Shown here one piece after another: positions 40,309-53,590 of a stretch of DNA of 64,000 bases. The stretch spans positions 1,095,165 to 1,159,164 of the forward strand of contig MU061892.1 in the NCBI GenBank assembly GCA_013265495.1. Reading direction: 5' to 3'. The stretch's first letter is position 1. Every line of letters begins with the position of its first letter. The notes beneath the pieces are model-generated. The model worked only from the letters and a program-made list of their open reading frames with translations. It was not told the DNA's origin and ran no database searches. A program made the position numbers and the translations under genes. This DNA is from Vicugna vicugna. Lineage: Eukaryota.

Positions 40309-40934
40309 TTCAAAATTTGGGCTTCCAGTACGTGAGATACCACAGACTCCTTAGAGAACTGCGGAACGTTGTTTTTGGGGTTTTTTAAAAAATATCCTTC
40401 CAGCCACCATCCAGAAGGAAGTTATCTAAGACGCTTGACTGTTTTATATTCCTAACGACAGCAGAGTATAAATGGTGAGGAAGCTCTTACTTCTACTTGG
40501 AACAATCCCCATGGAACACAAGCTTTCTCCAACCTTTCCCTGAAAGCTTGGGATGAAGTGAAGACCTGTGTGCAGGTGCACTAAGGTGTCAGCCAGTCAT
40601 TCAAGGGAGCATCATTGGAGCGGAACTAGAGACATCGAGATGCAGTGAGAAAGGCAGGAGGAGGTGTATCTGCCAGCCTTTATTTAAAATTATTTAAATG
40701 AAGCACCAGCCAGGAGTCTGAGGAAAAGCCAGATGATATTCTGACATCCTTTAAAACCTATTCACAAGAGCCCCACTTCTCAGTCTGGAAAATTAATTGA
40801 CCTTTTCTGGATTAACAGTTTGTCAATCTTGTTCTGGAAAAACCCACTAGTGAGATTTATTCATTCTTCGTAAGTAGCTGATTTACAAAATAATTGGAAC
40901 AATCGTACTGGAAAGTTAGCCTTTTCATTTCAAG

Positions 40935-41091
40935 CACTGGTTAAACTTGCTTAGAGTCAGGAAGACATTTGATGAAAGCAATGGGTTCTTTCTCCAGAGG
41001 GATGAGTTTCCACTCAAAATTTTGCATAGAATTTTAGGGAACTCATGGATTCCCTGAACCCGTTTCATGTACTCCAGGGAAAGAACCTCTA
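40935..41091 (-). mobile_element. hAT-Charlie-type MITE remnant
   Basis: Reverse complement starts AGAGGTTCTT and shares a core with 560-721. Confidence 0.45.
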
Positions 41092-42546
41092 AATTAAGGA
41101 TTTCCAAATGCTAAATGTACTATTCAGACACCAAGAATGATTAGTTTACTTTCAAATGGACTGAGTCAAATCCTAGATTTAGACAGTGGAAAGAGGGAAA
41201 GTTTGGTGATGGTGTAAGTCTTAGAATATCTTTGGTAATAATAAAAGTGGTGGTTATAATAATAGCCAAAAGTTACTGAGGGCACATTTGGTTTGAAGCA
41301 CCGTACAAAGCACTTTGCACGCACTGCCTTGCTTCGAATCCTGATTCTACTTTGCAGGTATTAGAGACTCACTGTGCATAAGTGAAAACTTGGGCTTCAA
41401 GGGTAAGAGAGCCACCCAATGTCACAGAGCTGGTAAGCAGAGTCTGCACAGAGCAGGGTACCTTCCTTTTTAGGTCTTTCCAAAGCTGCAGGAAAACAGC
41501 CCATAGTCTGTTGTCCTTAAAAGAAAACACTCTGATCTCGCTCTTAACAGCCAGCTCTTGATGACAATAACTTCCAAAAATAAAAAATACTTTCAGGGAC
41601 ACATCGATCTTTATTGCTGGCTCTGTACAATGAGGCTTTGTGTTGCTTAGGGTGGTCTGGGGTGTCCTAAACTTGCCTTCATTCTGTTCTTTTGGTCTTA
41701 GAGTCTAAACATTGCTGTCTTAAAACCTGGATCAATACACCAGTTGGTGCCCAGCTGAAGTGTCAGGGGGGTGGGATGACGTTATGAGGTATGATGCCGG
41801 GGTGAACGTGGGTATATGACACCTCTCAGCACCAGATCCTCTAAACCACCTCCAATCCACAGTCCATGCTATCACTGTACTGTTGATAAGTTTGTGAGGC
41901 TCCTCAGATCTTTCCTTGAAACACGGGAGCTCCCACAGCACTGGACCAAGGTCCTCCTTCTCCCTGAGTCAGGGTGAATATAACTTTGTTCCCTGCAAAT
42001 TGGTTGGTTGGCTGGCTTCCAATTATATCCGAGTCTGTTTACTCCACTCACCCACATGCTCAGTCTTGGCCATAAAAAAATTGAAACCATTTCCATGGGT
42101 CCTAAACAGGGCTGGCCTTAAAAGTTCCCAGAGTGGACAGGTGCTTCCATGATGCAAGGAAGGACTTTGTGTTCATAAATATCACACTGCCCCCAGCACC
42201 TGTCACATCAGTGTAATTCTGTTACATCAGTGAGAGAGTCTGTCCTTTGCAGCTTATTGTCCCATCTTCCAGTGTCCCTTTCAAAATGCCAATAGCACCA
42301 TACTGACCCCCAGGGTAGAACCAGGATAGTTGCTGCGGGTGGCATGGGGCAGGGAAGACGGCAGAGGATCTAAGACTGAATCTGGAGGGGGGTTATAGGA
42401 CAGGGTAAGAAAAGGGCACTATAATTTGGTTTTCTCCCCTGTTTATATAGGGCCAGCCCAAATCCAACCCTCTGAGGTTCTGAAGGAGGTGCAGTTTCTG
42501 CTGGGTGGAAGAGGGACATTAATATCATGACGAAATTTTCTTTTAC

Positions 42547-42619
42547 CTTAAAACTTCTGTGGTTCCTGAGTGACGAGCTCTTCTCCTGCAGGTCCCAGAG
42601 AGAACCATCAGGATTCGTC
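42547..42619 (-). other. ASB15: Candidate ASB15 non-coding 5' exon
   Basis: Donor AAG|GTAAAA at 42546; possible acceptors CCCTCTGATAG (exon start 42619) or GACCTGCAG (exon start 42585). The ATG exon has an acceptor, so an upstream exon must exist, but its identity is inferred. Confidence 0.3.
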
Positions 42620-43121
42620 CTATCAGAGGGATGGCTTTAGTGAAAAAGGCATTCTCACATTTTGATTTTGTGAAGAAAACATCGGCTATCATATGCAAAA
42701 CAACGCTCTTCTCCTTTTTCTGCATTTTGACCATTCGTGTGTGTCATTTTAAAGACATATTGAAATCAAAACAAACAAAACTTTGTGAAAACTTTGGCTT
42801 TTATGAGGTGGTGACACACTTTTGTTTTTTCAGAATTCTGCAGCACAAAGTTGCGAATCAGGTAAAAATGGCTTCATTAGGCTGATTTCAGCAACAGAGT
42901 CGACTGGTCCCCAAGAGATTTCAGAGGGAGGTAAAATGGTCAGAATGCGGTTCCACCCTACAGACACAGGTAACTTTTATTGACAAGTGACAAGTTATAG
43001 CAATTCCCTCTCTGTGATATTTGCCTTTTTTATCAGAGAGAAATCCTACGGATGACAGAGAGAACTAGACCAGTTCAAGAAGCATCTTTCTTAACAGCAC
43101 AACTAGTTCTGCTGATAAACT

Positions 43122-43124
<3 letters not shown>

Positions 43125-43158
<34 letters not shown>
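43125..43158. repeat. (CA)17 microsatellite
   Basis: Direct read. Confidence 0.97.
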
Positions 43159-43162
<4 letters not shown>

Positions 43163-44009
43163 CCAGAAAATGAATGCTACTTTTATGTTGCCTGAAAGTG
43201 ATAAAATGCTACATTCTAAAAAAAAAAATCTAAAAAGGCAAAATGGACATATTGTTCTCTGGACACTAAGTATGACATCTGGTGTGTAATAAGAATTCAC
43301 TCAGTATTTGCAGAATGAATAAATAATTGAATGATCAAATATATGCTGCTCTTAAAATTAGCAAAAGAATAGGTTAACCTTGTCATACATCTGTTTTTGC
43401 CAAGTTCACTTTCAGTTTTTGAAGTGACCGAGGCTTCATTTCTAGGTAAATGCACTAGTAATAAAACGTCTCATACTAGTTTTGCTTATCTCTAGTTTCA
43501 TATTACAAATTAGACATTTCTAGTCTCCACTATTGATTTCCAAGTCAGTTTCAATTGTGACAGAGATGTAGGAAGACACGTGTTAGCTTTCGAAAATGAC
43601 GCTCACATAGAATAGGGAGCTCTAGATTCAGAACTACACGGATTTCTAGGCACATAAATTTCTAGAAACATAGAATGGAAAAAAACAGAGTAAGCATGGC
43701 TTGTGAAAAAGCAGCTTATTCAGAGATGTGCCCTTATCACAAGCTAGTATGATAACACGTTATTTTAAAAAGACATACCCTTTTTGTTTGTAATTCTAAA
43801 TCTAGGAATCTTATAGAAATTCAGAGATGTAGGAAAAGATTTGCATATGAAAATGTTCATCTCAGCCGTATGTAAGCTGCCAAAACACTAGAAACAATAT
43901 AAAATGTCCAACAAGAGGGAATTTGCATCTTGTTGTGCATCCAAGCTATAGTTATTAAAATTCAACTTCTTGAAGAATATTTAATGCCATGGATAAAGCG
44001 TCATATACA

Positions 44010-44185
44010 AGAATGATGTTCATTTCATCAGACATGACCAGACACTTCGAGGGAACTAAGATTGACTTTATGGAGCCAAACCTTACAAAGCCTTCCAGAA
44101 AACTGGCCTGGCATCTGGTTTACAGACAGCCTTACAGGGGGTGAGAGAGGTCACTTCCTGGCAGGATAGACCTTGGTAATGTTGA
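44010..44185. mobile_element. ERV1-class internal fragment (non-coding remnant)
   Basis: Reverse complement CCTGCCAGGAAGTGAC...CCAGATGCCAGGCCAGTTTTC...GGCTCCATAAAGTCAATCTTAGTTCC resembles MER4-group internal consensus. Confidence 0.4.
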
Positions 44186-44394
44186 GAAGAATGGAAATTG
44201 CCCACATGTATAGGAAAGCAGGTGAAACCTGGCGGAGAAAGTGCCTTGCCTTAGGGACGGGCAGAAATCTGAAAGACTGACCCATTTACCTGAGTCATCC
44301 GCACCAAAGCTTCAGCTTGAACACCAAGGTGACAGGAAGCTCGCTACGTTCCGCACAGCGCTCCCTCTTGGGCCAGCTTTAACAGTTAGGCGAT

Positions 44395-45290
44395 ACATTT
44401 GAGTCCATCTCCTCAAATCAGTATTCTACGACCCTAGTTCTATTCCTCAGAGCCACAGTAAGAAAAGTCATTCCCCTGCCACATGAGAGCCCTTTAAAAC
44501 CTCTTAGGAAGGCTGTCAGGTCTCCCCCGAGCCTTCTCCTCCCAAGCCTGGACAACTGTTCTTCTAATGACATGGGTCCACCTCCCTCCACCATCTTGAC
44601 TGCTTTCCTGTCACATTCATTCACATTCATTCATTCACCTCTTTCCACAAGTGGCTGTGGCCCATGGGCTCTGATGGCAGCACAACAGTTAGAGTCACGT
44701 CAACACAACATTGAGCAGGTGTGACCACCTCCCCTTTGCTAGACACCAAAGAACTGTTGGCTTAGTCCAAGTTCAGATGAATTTGGAGGCTATCATGTTA
44801 CAGACTTGATTTGGAGCCCTGTTGCCCTAAATTCTACAAGCCATCGTCCCCCCACGCCCCCACCCCCACATTATTGCTGTGCAATTCTGTGCAGGACTCT
44901 TTATTTAATCCTGTTACATTTCTTTCTTTCTTTGACATTTGACCTTTATTTCAGCCTGCTAAGAGACAGCGCTTTTCCTGTCCCTCTAAGCATTGTTCTA
45001 TTTGCCTGTCTTCTATACGGACACTGGCTTCATTAATAATGATAAATGTTGAACAGAAACTGGCACAGGACAGAGGTCTTTGGGTTGACACTGATCTATT
45101 ACTTAGCACCCTTCAAGGAAAGCTGTTTATCCAGGTACAAATCCTCCCAAAGACACCACCATCTGGTATGAATGTCTCCTTTTTGATAACGAGACCGTCA
45201 TCAAGAGATACTGTCGAACGCAGATGCACAGTACCTACAACATTCCCCTTCTCCACTAAGTCAACATGGCAAAGGAAAAGAGTTGATCAG
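44395..45290 (-). mobile_element. L3/CR1 LINE fragment (RT C-terminal region)
   Basis: Minus ORF 44418-44630 contains RRRLGGDLTAFLRGFKG, like the CR1 ORF2 motif KRRLRGDL; CR1-like nucleotide text continues to about 45290. Confidence 0.7.
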
Positions 45291-47906
45291 TAATTGTTGT
45301 CATTTTTCCCGAAGGACTTTCAGACCATCCTATTCACTCATTCAGAAATACGTATTCCATGTCTGCTATATTCCAGGGACCGTGTTAGACACAAGACAAT
45401 AGGGTCCATGCCCAAAGGGGCTTGCTGCCTTTAAATAATGCATTCTAGACTTTCTCAGACACGACACCAATAACCCCTCTTCCTTCGAAGGTTTAGCGGA
45501 GAGTTAAGCACACAGCAGGTCCTCAGTAAACATTTGTTTTATTGAGTTTCATAATTATAAGTAACATGTAATGAATGCCTACTTATAACATTCATGAAAC
45601 TAAGTATGTTAGATAGATGATGTCATTGAATTTCTATGACATGCTTTCTCCCCATTTTACAGATGAGGAAACCGAGGAACACAATGGTTAGGTAGTTTGC
45701 ACAAGCCTGCACATCTAGTGAGTGGTGGACATATTGATATAAACCCAGGCACTATACACAGAGCTTGACCACTGTACTGTAACTGATGACTCAACTACTC
45801 TGATGGAATTAATAGAAAAGGGTCTTATTCTATAATCCAAATATCTATAAGCTTCAGAAAAAAATTTTCTAAAAGAGTTTAAGCAAACAACTAGCAAACC
45901 TATCAAACAACTCTAGTGGAATATAAATATTTTAGGTAGATTTTCATTTCAAAACAAGATACTCCCATAAAAACAACCAAGTGTAGAATTATGATACTTT
46001 ATGATAATAATATAATGTTCTCAGCACAAAGCAGTGTTACGAGTTCCTTGTCTACATTACTCTTATTTCAAAGGAAGCATTTTGTTTTAGATGTAGAATG
46101 AAGTTATCTGTTCATTGAAGAACCAGAGGGGTGAATGTCTCAGATAAATTCTAAGGACCTTCCAACCTCAAGATTCTATGAATTAACTTCCAGAAGTGGA
46201 TTTTCAATTCTATCAAGTTCCTTTTTTCTATCTGATTTAAAAGAATTTAAGGGACTTTTTCAATCTGAATATAAAGCGTCCATCTTTCATTATGTGACTT
46301 TAAAAGACTTGATAAAAAATTTACTTTAATTATTCACAAAAATCATTGAATTTTTTTCTCGGAAACCAGAGCCAGCTAAGACTCTTCTGGGATTCCACAG
46401 TGTATATGCTGACACTTTCTATAAGCATATTCATTCTTGATCTGTTTTCTCTCATGACACTAATTTTTATGATGCTTAATAATGATGCAATTGAGTTAAT
46501 ATTCTATAAACAAATGAAACTACCCTGGTTTCTATTCTGTAATTTAAAAGGCCCTAGACTACAGGCAAACCCACAGGTGATCCACTGGAAAGAAAGTAAT
46601 GTAAAGCTACCCCAATATGTACTTCCAGCTGTTCAAAATATTCTCAATACTAAACTACATAAGCTAGTTGGTGAGGTACAGACGAAATATTTCATAATCT
46701 CACCTTTTGGAATGATCGTCTTGTCATTCTTATCCAGGGCCTTGCCTTCCTAAATCAGAGGAAGTGCCTCGGAGCCAATGTGTTCCTCTGTGTATCTAAA
46801 ATTAAGTACCCAGTTGGTGGTTAAATTAAGTTCTGACCTTGTACAACTGAAACATAAGCGGTTCCTGGCACACAGCAAAGTATTACCCATGACTTCTCTA
46901 GACCCTCATCAAAAGCAGCACAAGGCCACAGAGGTATAATAAGATTATCTGTGTCCCGATTGGTTCAAAGGGCTCTCATAAAAACAAACTATCTCCCAGC
47001 CCGGCTGCGATGAGGGTTCTTGCTGGAGGAACAAAGCAAAATCACTTACATAGAACTTTTAAAATATTGTAAAATGAGTTGTTCAAGAGACAAATCTGCT
47101 AGTCTCAGCGTCTGCAGAGCCAAATCCACTGTTAATCAATTTTCACACAGGCTATTTCTCATTCTTCATCCTTTAGACGCATGTCAAATCTCATTAAATG
47201 CAATCTTCTTGTTACAGGAATTTATTGTTTTTCATTTGATTTGCATTTCATAGCTGCCAGTCTGATGCACAAATGGGGATAGGGCATTCAGTGACCTCTA
47301 ATCTGACCAACATTTTTTAGGTCAGGTTGTAGCACACGTATGGTCTAAAGTGAGCAGCAGAGGTAAAGCAATCAGAAAGTCAGTATTTTAACTGGGAGGG
47401 GTGTTTTCTATTAAAAAAATAAAGTTTAGTGTCTTACTGGTTTTCTAATGAAAATAACCTACCTTAAGTTTGTTTTGACACAGTTATCCTTGGATTAACT
47501 CAGGCCACAGTCAGCATTCACAAAGCTGTCTGGCTTCTGTCCCCATCACTGCACTGAACAACTCTGCTGAAGGGTCTCACTGAACTCCCATTGTCTAAGG
47601 CTCACAGACACGTTTCATTTCTTATTTTTCAGGTCCTCTGTTGGATTTGCTGCCATGGATCCCTCCCTTTTTCCTGGAACTCTCTACTCCCTGGGCTTCG
47701 GAGAGTATTACATGCTTTTACTTTTCTTCTTATCTTTCTGACTCATTCTTCGTCCTTAAGTGTTAATGAATAAACACGCGGATTATAGTGAAGTGATCAG
47801 GTTTATTTCAAAATGTGGAAAACTGTAAATGTGAAATCAAAGGTCCTACCTCCTCTCGGTGATCAAAGAGGTTATACTTCTGTCATCGTCAGAGCACCTC
47901 AAGAAA

Positions 47907-48236
47907 TATTTTGTATTTATACCACCATTAATCTTGAAATAGTCAAGGTTGAAATTTAGAACACTGTGCATGTTTTATAATTATTAATCTAATGTGGGAT
48001 TTTTCAATAAGAATTCTTATAAAAAGCAACCTATTTTGTATCTATACTACCATTAACTCTGTCTTGAAACAATGTTGGAGGTTAGAACACTGTGCACGTT
48101 TTATGATTATTAATCATTATACTACCATTAACTCTGTCTTGAAACAGTCAATGTTGGAGGTTAGAACACTGTGCACGTTTTATGATTATTAATCTAATCT
48201 GGAATTTTTCAATAAAGAATTCTTACAGAAAGCAAT
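47907..48236. repeat. Three-unit tandem duplication (about 125-bp old unit plus near-identical 75/79-bp recent unit)
   Basis: 48043-48115 and 48118-48194 identical except a 4-bp indel; 47907-48031 is a diverged copy. Confidence 0.92.
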
Positions 48237-48554
48237 TCACATTGTGAAACTCTAAGTTCTATACAATTTTTCTTAACTTGCAATATTAAAAATTCATATG
48301 AAGGTTTAGAGTATAATGTAATTTATGAAAAATCTATACTCAACATTTAAAAATGGGGCTTAGCATATTTCACGGATAATTCTGCTCTTACATCAATACA
48401 TTTATGCCTATTTTATCCATTTACATAATAGTTATTATAGATCTCATATCATACAATATCTAAAGCAAAGATCAAAATAATAGGAAGGACAAAAATGAGA
48501 GATGGTGTGGTAAATAAATGAAAAATATGTTATCAATGACACAGACCTATGAAC

Positions 48555-48660
48555 AAGTCTTGCCTTACCACTTACTGTCTCTGTCACTTCAGATTTCCTA
48601 TTTCAAATTTCTGAGACTCAATTTATTCACCTGTAAAATGGGAGTGATAATAATAATAGC
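48555..48660 (+). mobile_element. MIR fragment
   Basis: CCACTTACTG...ATTCACCTGTAAAATGGGAGTGATAATAATAATAG. Confidence 0.7.
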
Positions 48661-49002
48661 CATAATAAAAATAATATAATGGCCATGACTCCCACCATGT
48701 TTATGAGATCTATTTCTCAAGTAGCTAATCATCTATGCACACACAGTAAAGCCTGCTTTGAGTAATTCAAACATTTAAGAGAACGATCTATTCATAGTGC
48801 TAATAGTCATTTCCATGCCTGCCTGTTTTTTTAAGTTAGCTTTTCCTGCTGGTTTTCTCAAACGGAAGAAAGTGAATTAGGTTTTTGCACAGTGTCTCTC
48901 TAGTTTGTCTGGTGGGGGTGAGTTTCAGGGAGGGGTGTGATCCAAGCAGTGAAGGACTACGAAGCATTAGCGTTGCCCTAAGAAAGGTACCTATGATGAT
49001 AC

Positions 49003-49833
49003 TGACGTCCAAATGCGTGTCCCTTCTATCTATATATAGCAAGAAGTGCCTGTCCTGTTTCAAGATGATAATTTTAGCAACTGATATGAGGAGTCTTAGG
49101 TTGAAATGGTTAGAGCACAGTGTTAGAGGGACTGTCCCTGGAACCACCTATTTTTATTTTGGGGAACAGGGGATTTGGGCAGCATTGGACATGAACTTCC
49201 AGGGAGCAACGTGGCTTCCTGGTCTAAAAGTGCTCCTGCGCTTCTCACTCCGTGTTCCTGAAAACTGGTGTGGGCCTTGCAGGCCTTTGTGAATTTCAAA
49301 CACAGCTCCTGTTATGATGAGTCACGTAATCCCATCCCATTCCCCCACGAGGCCATTTATCATATTTCCTTCTGATGTGGCCCATTCCCTATACAAGCCT
49401 CCCCGGAACTGCAGCTTTATCTTTGCTTCTTAGGCAAAGTAGAGCTGCTCACACACCCCGGAGAATCCCACTTTGTTGGGTCCTATTATTTTGTAGTTTA
49501 TTAAGTAACATCTGTGTAGACCTCACTTGGCTTCATTTTTACTTTGGTATATTTTAGATTTTCTCCTTCTTTCTCCTTTTCTGCACTTGTTCATTATTTC
49601 GGCCTTGGGGGCTGTGATTAAAAAAATGCACATTTTATTTCAGTTGTGGATAAGACAGTATAGAAAAATGTGAGAAAATAAATTCTTTATTTTAGTGTGC
49701 TTCCCAGTGCTTTAATAGTTGGCTCTTTCCTTTGCTGGACTTCTTACTAATTATTTGTTTTCCAGACTGAGAAACAAGTGAAAATGTGAATCAGATGTAT
49801 TAGCACCGCCCTCCATCAGAAGCACTGACGTCA
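49003..49833. promoter_or_regulatory. Candidate ASB15 promoter/enhancer motif cluster
   Basis: TGACGTC 49003, MEF2 CTATATATAG 49030-49039, CTATTTTTAT 49148-49157, AP-1 TGAGTCA 49318-49324, CATTCC 49338 and 49383, GC-box CCGCCC 49806, CRE TGACGTCA 49826-49833. Confidence 0.4.
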
Positions 49834-50192
49834 CAGGCCCCTGGGAGAACCTGCATCGTTGATGTCACTCCATCATTTTGCTTCCATTTAGCAGCACAAG
49901 TGATGAGAGGGTAGCGTAGTTTTTAGTAAGGAAATGCTGTAGATTTACACTAAATCAAAGGTGAGCAAAAGGTGGGGAGTATTCTTTCTGGCCCCCAGTT
50001 ACACTTACCACTTCATCACCAGTATCTGGTAAAGGGCTTGCCACGTAGAAAGCAGGCATCAAATGCGAGCTAAATGTCTTGCCAAACACTGGTGGCTTGT
50101 TCATATGGGTTCGTAGTTATTTCCTGTCTAATTTAACTAAAGGCTGATTCAATTATATCTGAGCTGCAGTGAATTTTAAGAAAGCAGGTTAA

Positions 50193-50243
50193 TCTTTCTT
50201 TTCTTTTTTCTTTTCTTTCTTTCTTTTCTTTCTTTCTTTCTCT
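50193..50243. repeat. (TTTC/TTTTC)n simple repeat
   Basis: Direct read. Confidence 0.85.
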
Positions 50244-50769
50244 TAATTTTTACTACTGCAAGAGACATTTCAAGTGCATCTAAGAGAAAGAACCCTGGAT
50301 TAAAAGAAGGCAGGGAATCTGTATTTTAGCCTCAGATCTGTTCACATCTTTAGGAATTAAGGCAAACCACTTAAATGTTTGGGCCTCAGATCCCCCCTGT
50401 GTGGTAACACTTCTCTCATTATGTCACACTGTCATGAGAATAAAATAAGAGCACCATTATGGAAGTCCTTTGAAAAAAATAGTCATCCCCATATAGACAG
50501 AGGACTTACTAATAATATCATACTTCTGGGACATAAAATGGACATTTAAAAATAACTGTGTGTCTATTTTATACATGCAGACATTTTAGTATATGCAGAC
50601 TTGGTGCTAGATCGCTTGAGGGCGTGTGTGCAAGGTGGCTGGGATACGCAGATCTAGTCATGAAGAAGTTTACCATTGTGTGGAGAAAGTAAACAGAAAA
50701 GAAGCCCAAACTGGGTAAGAGAGATAAGACATAAGTAGGCTATGGTGGAGAGGGTCAGAGAACAAAATG

Positions 50770-50805
50770 CACACACACACACACACACACTCACACACAC
50801 ACACA
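50770..50805. repeat. Interrupted (CA)n microsatellite
   Basis: (CA)10 CT (CA)7. Confidence 0.95.
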
Positions 50806-51859
50806 TTTGCATATGAGTTTTAAAAAGAGGCAATGGTTTTACACTAATGGATAATCAAAGTATTGTGTGTCTTTCCCTTCTCATCCTTCATAATTCTAAC
50901 CTCTTATATACCCAAATTAACAGTGCTAAGGCAAGGAGACTTCCACTATTCTTACTATCTTATTTTATATAAACTAAATGGAATCAGAATCAAGACTCTA
51001 TAATAGAGCTTTATGTTGACAACCAAAGTAAAATTTGAATTACTGAAAACTCAGTATTCTATTGTTCTTTCTGAGAAGAAGTGATCTTTTCATCACCGTG
51101 CACCTGTTGTTTTGTTTCAATTTTTTTGAAGTTGCTAACGCATGACATTCCATCAATTAATATTTAATTATGAAAAAGAGCACTTTAACATTACCAGTTA
51201 TAGAAAAATTATGTGAACTTGATGAAGAAAACTTATCATGCTAAAATTTAAAAATTTCAGTGTAAGTCCATTACCATTAAAAGATCCTGGTATTGCCACC
51301 TCCTCCCACCCACCCCCACCTTTGCATCAGACCTTTGTTTTTTACATTTCAAATGTGACTCATCATTTTGTTCAAACAATTCCAGTATAAAAATTAAGCT
51401 TAGTGTTCCTTTCAGGAAACTAGAAAAATGTGATTATTTCTGCTGGACTTCGATTTACCTCTAGTAAATTGGGTCACTCCTGAGACAAAACACTCTAATT
51501 TTTCCAAAATGGTATTTCTACTGCTATACATTATATTCAGCTTAGTTGTGGCTTGATTTGAGGACTTAATACTCAATTACCATAAAAATGAGGTGAATTC
51601 TCACATTTCCTTCATTTGGGCTATAACTCAAAACAGTAAAATCAAGTTGAATTTTGAGGTTTTCTTACAGCATTTTGATGTAACTTGGAACGTCTAGGTA
51701 ATTTTCTGATCCTGAAGATCTGGACCACCCAGTGCCAGTGAACACTTTCACGAGGGCTTTCTTTTCTGGGTACTAGGGTTACAGCAATGAGTACAACATA
51801 TCACCAAGTAACTAGCAGAATTGAAGGCAAAATTTACAGAGTTTGCCTTACATTCGATG

Positions 51860-52300
51860 TTGGGTATGTGAAAGGGAAGACCAGGATGGACACTGAGCAA
51901 CCAGAAGGACGGAGTTGCCATGAACTAAGATGGAAAAGGTTCCAGAGGGAGCAGGTTTAAGAGAGGAGGAAGAGGAGCTCACCTTAGAGCGTGGAGAGCT
52001 TGAAACACCTGTTAAAGTCCAAGAGGAAAGGTTAAATAAGCAAGTGAACGTGAGTCCATGTCTGGGGGGATGTCTGAGCTAGAAAAACAAGTCAGTGATA
52101 TGGAAAGCCATGAGGCTAGATGAGCTCACCAAACGAGTACACATAGATATAAAAATAAAGGCATTCAAGGCATGAGCCCCGGGGCTACCCAAAGCTACGA
52201 GACGGAGTGCAGCAGGAATGATCGACTGTATCAAATTCTGCTGCTCGGTCAAGTAAGAGGAGGACTAAGAACTCACCATAGGACTCAGCAACCTTTCAGT
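51860..52300 (-). mobile_element. L2 fragment
   Basis: GA-rich reversed L2 body (GAGCTCACCTTAGAGCGTGGAGAGCTTGAAACACCTG...GGCTAGATGAGCTCACC). Confidence 0.55.
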
Positions 52301-53199
52301 CTGTCTTCTGTCCCAGAGTCATCTCACTGACTGCCCAGACTTCAGAGACTTCCCACCTGTCTCCCCCCGCCATGCTTCCCAGTATGAAGAAGAGAGACAC
52401 AGCGCTCTTACGTTTAGGGGCGTGAAAGACCATGTACAGCTCCCTGAATTGAGGAAAGGGACTACCTTTTTCTATGCCTTTTCTCTCTGAAAAGAATCTT
52501 TCTCCGCTCATTTGCTTGCCTCATGTTAGGAATCAGGGCTGTCAGTGTATAAAAATCAGTGCTTTTAAAGTTTCTATTAGCAACTGCTTTAGAATAAGAA
52601 GAATGTCATATAACAGAAACGTAAGTAGAATTGAAAGCTGTCGTATTACAATTTCCTAGAAAATTGTTAAGTCCAGGAGGAGCAAGCGGTCAAGGTGGAG
52701 GGCAGGACCGTGGTGAGATGACCACAGTCTGGGAGAAATTTGGAGGCTGCTTAGAATTTTGCTGCACTTTATGGTCCTCAATTCCAGCTTCCCCTTAGAG
52801 CCCACTTCCCAGGATACCTGCTCCTGTGACAGAAGACCATCAGAAAGGAAAGTCCTGAGATATTCTGAAATGGCTCAGTCTCTTACCCCTCTGGTTCCTC
52901 CCTTTCTCAGCTGAAATACTGAATTAGGCCTGGAATTGGATGAGCTTGAATTTCTCTTTTAATATGAAGAATCTATAATGCTATCATTTTATCTTCTATA
53001 GCCTGAACGTTCCTTACTGTTAAAGCTTCAGATTCTGCTAAAGTGTTTTTGTTTGTGATGCTTACCATAGCTTTGCCTTCTATCTGAATTAGATTCTACA
53101 ACAGGGGCTAGTCGATTAATTCTTAAATAAGATTTACTCTGGTTTCTTTCACGGTCCTGAGTTATCATTTCGGAGCAACGTAGATGAGGTGTATCCCCT

Positions 53200-53590
53200 C
53201 TGAATAGCACTGCCTTCACTCATTTGCGAGGCCTGGGTTTACTTGCTATTATGTGCCTGGTACGATGATAATATTACACTCCGCAGTTCTTACTCTCAAT
53301 TGATGGAGGAGGAGATGAAGCGATGACCAAAAGAAGGTGACAGTTAGCTTCCAGGAGAAAACAAGAGAAGATAAAGGCTTGGGCTGAAACTTGAAGGGTG
53401 AGAAGGATTTTTGTTTTATATGTATAATCTGAAAAAGGGAAAAGCATTCCAGGCAGAAAAAATGCAAATAGGTCTGAGGGGAAATGGCATATGTGGGGGG
53501 ATCATGAACACTTACTCGAGCTGGTCACAGAATGCACTGCGGAGCCTGTAGTAAAGGAGCAGGGGATTTAGGCAGGAGTTAGAATGTGTA
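53200..53590 (-). mobile_element. L2 fragment
   Basis: GGAGGAGATGAAGCGATG...GCTTCCAGGAGAAAAC...AGCATTCCAGGCAGA typical reversed L2. Confidence 0.55.

Noticed and set aside
47836-47868. Two ATCAAAG TCF/LEF motifs 26 bp apart
   Set aside because: Short AT-rich motifs found after scanning for many patterns; no independent support.
47907-48236. CRISPR-like array
   Set aside because: Mammalian context; units are contiguous duplications without unique spacers.
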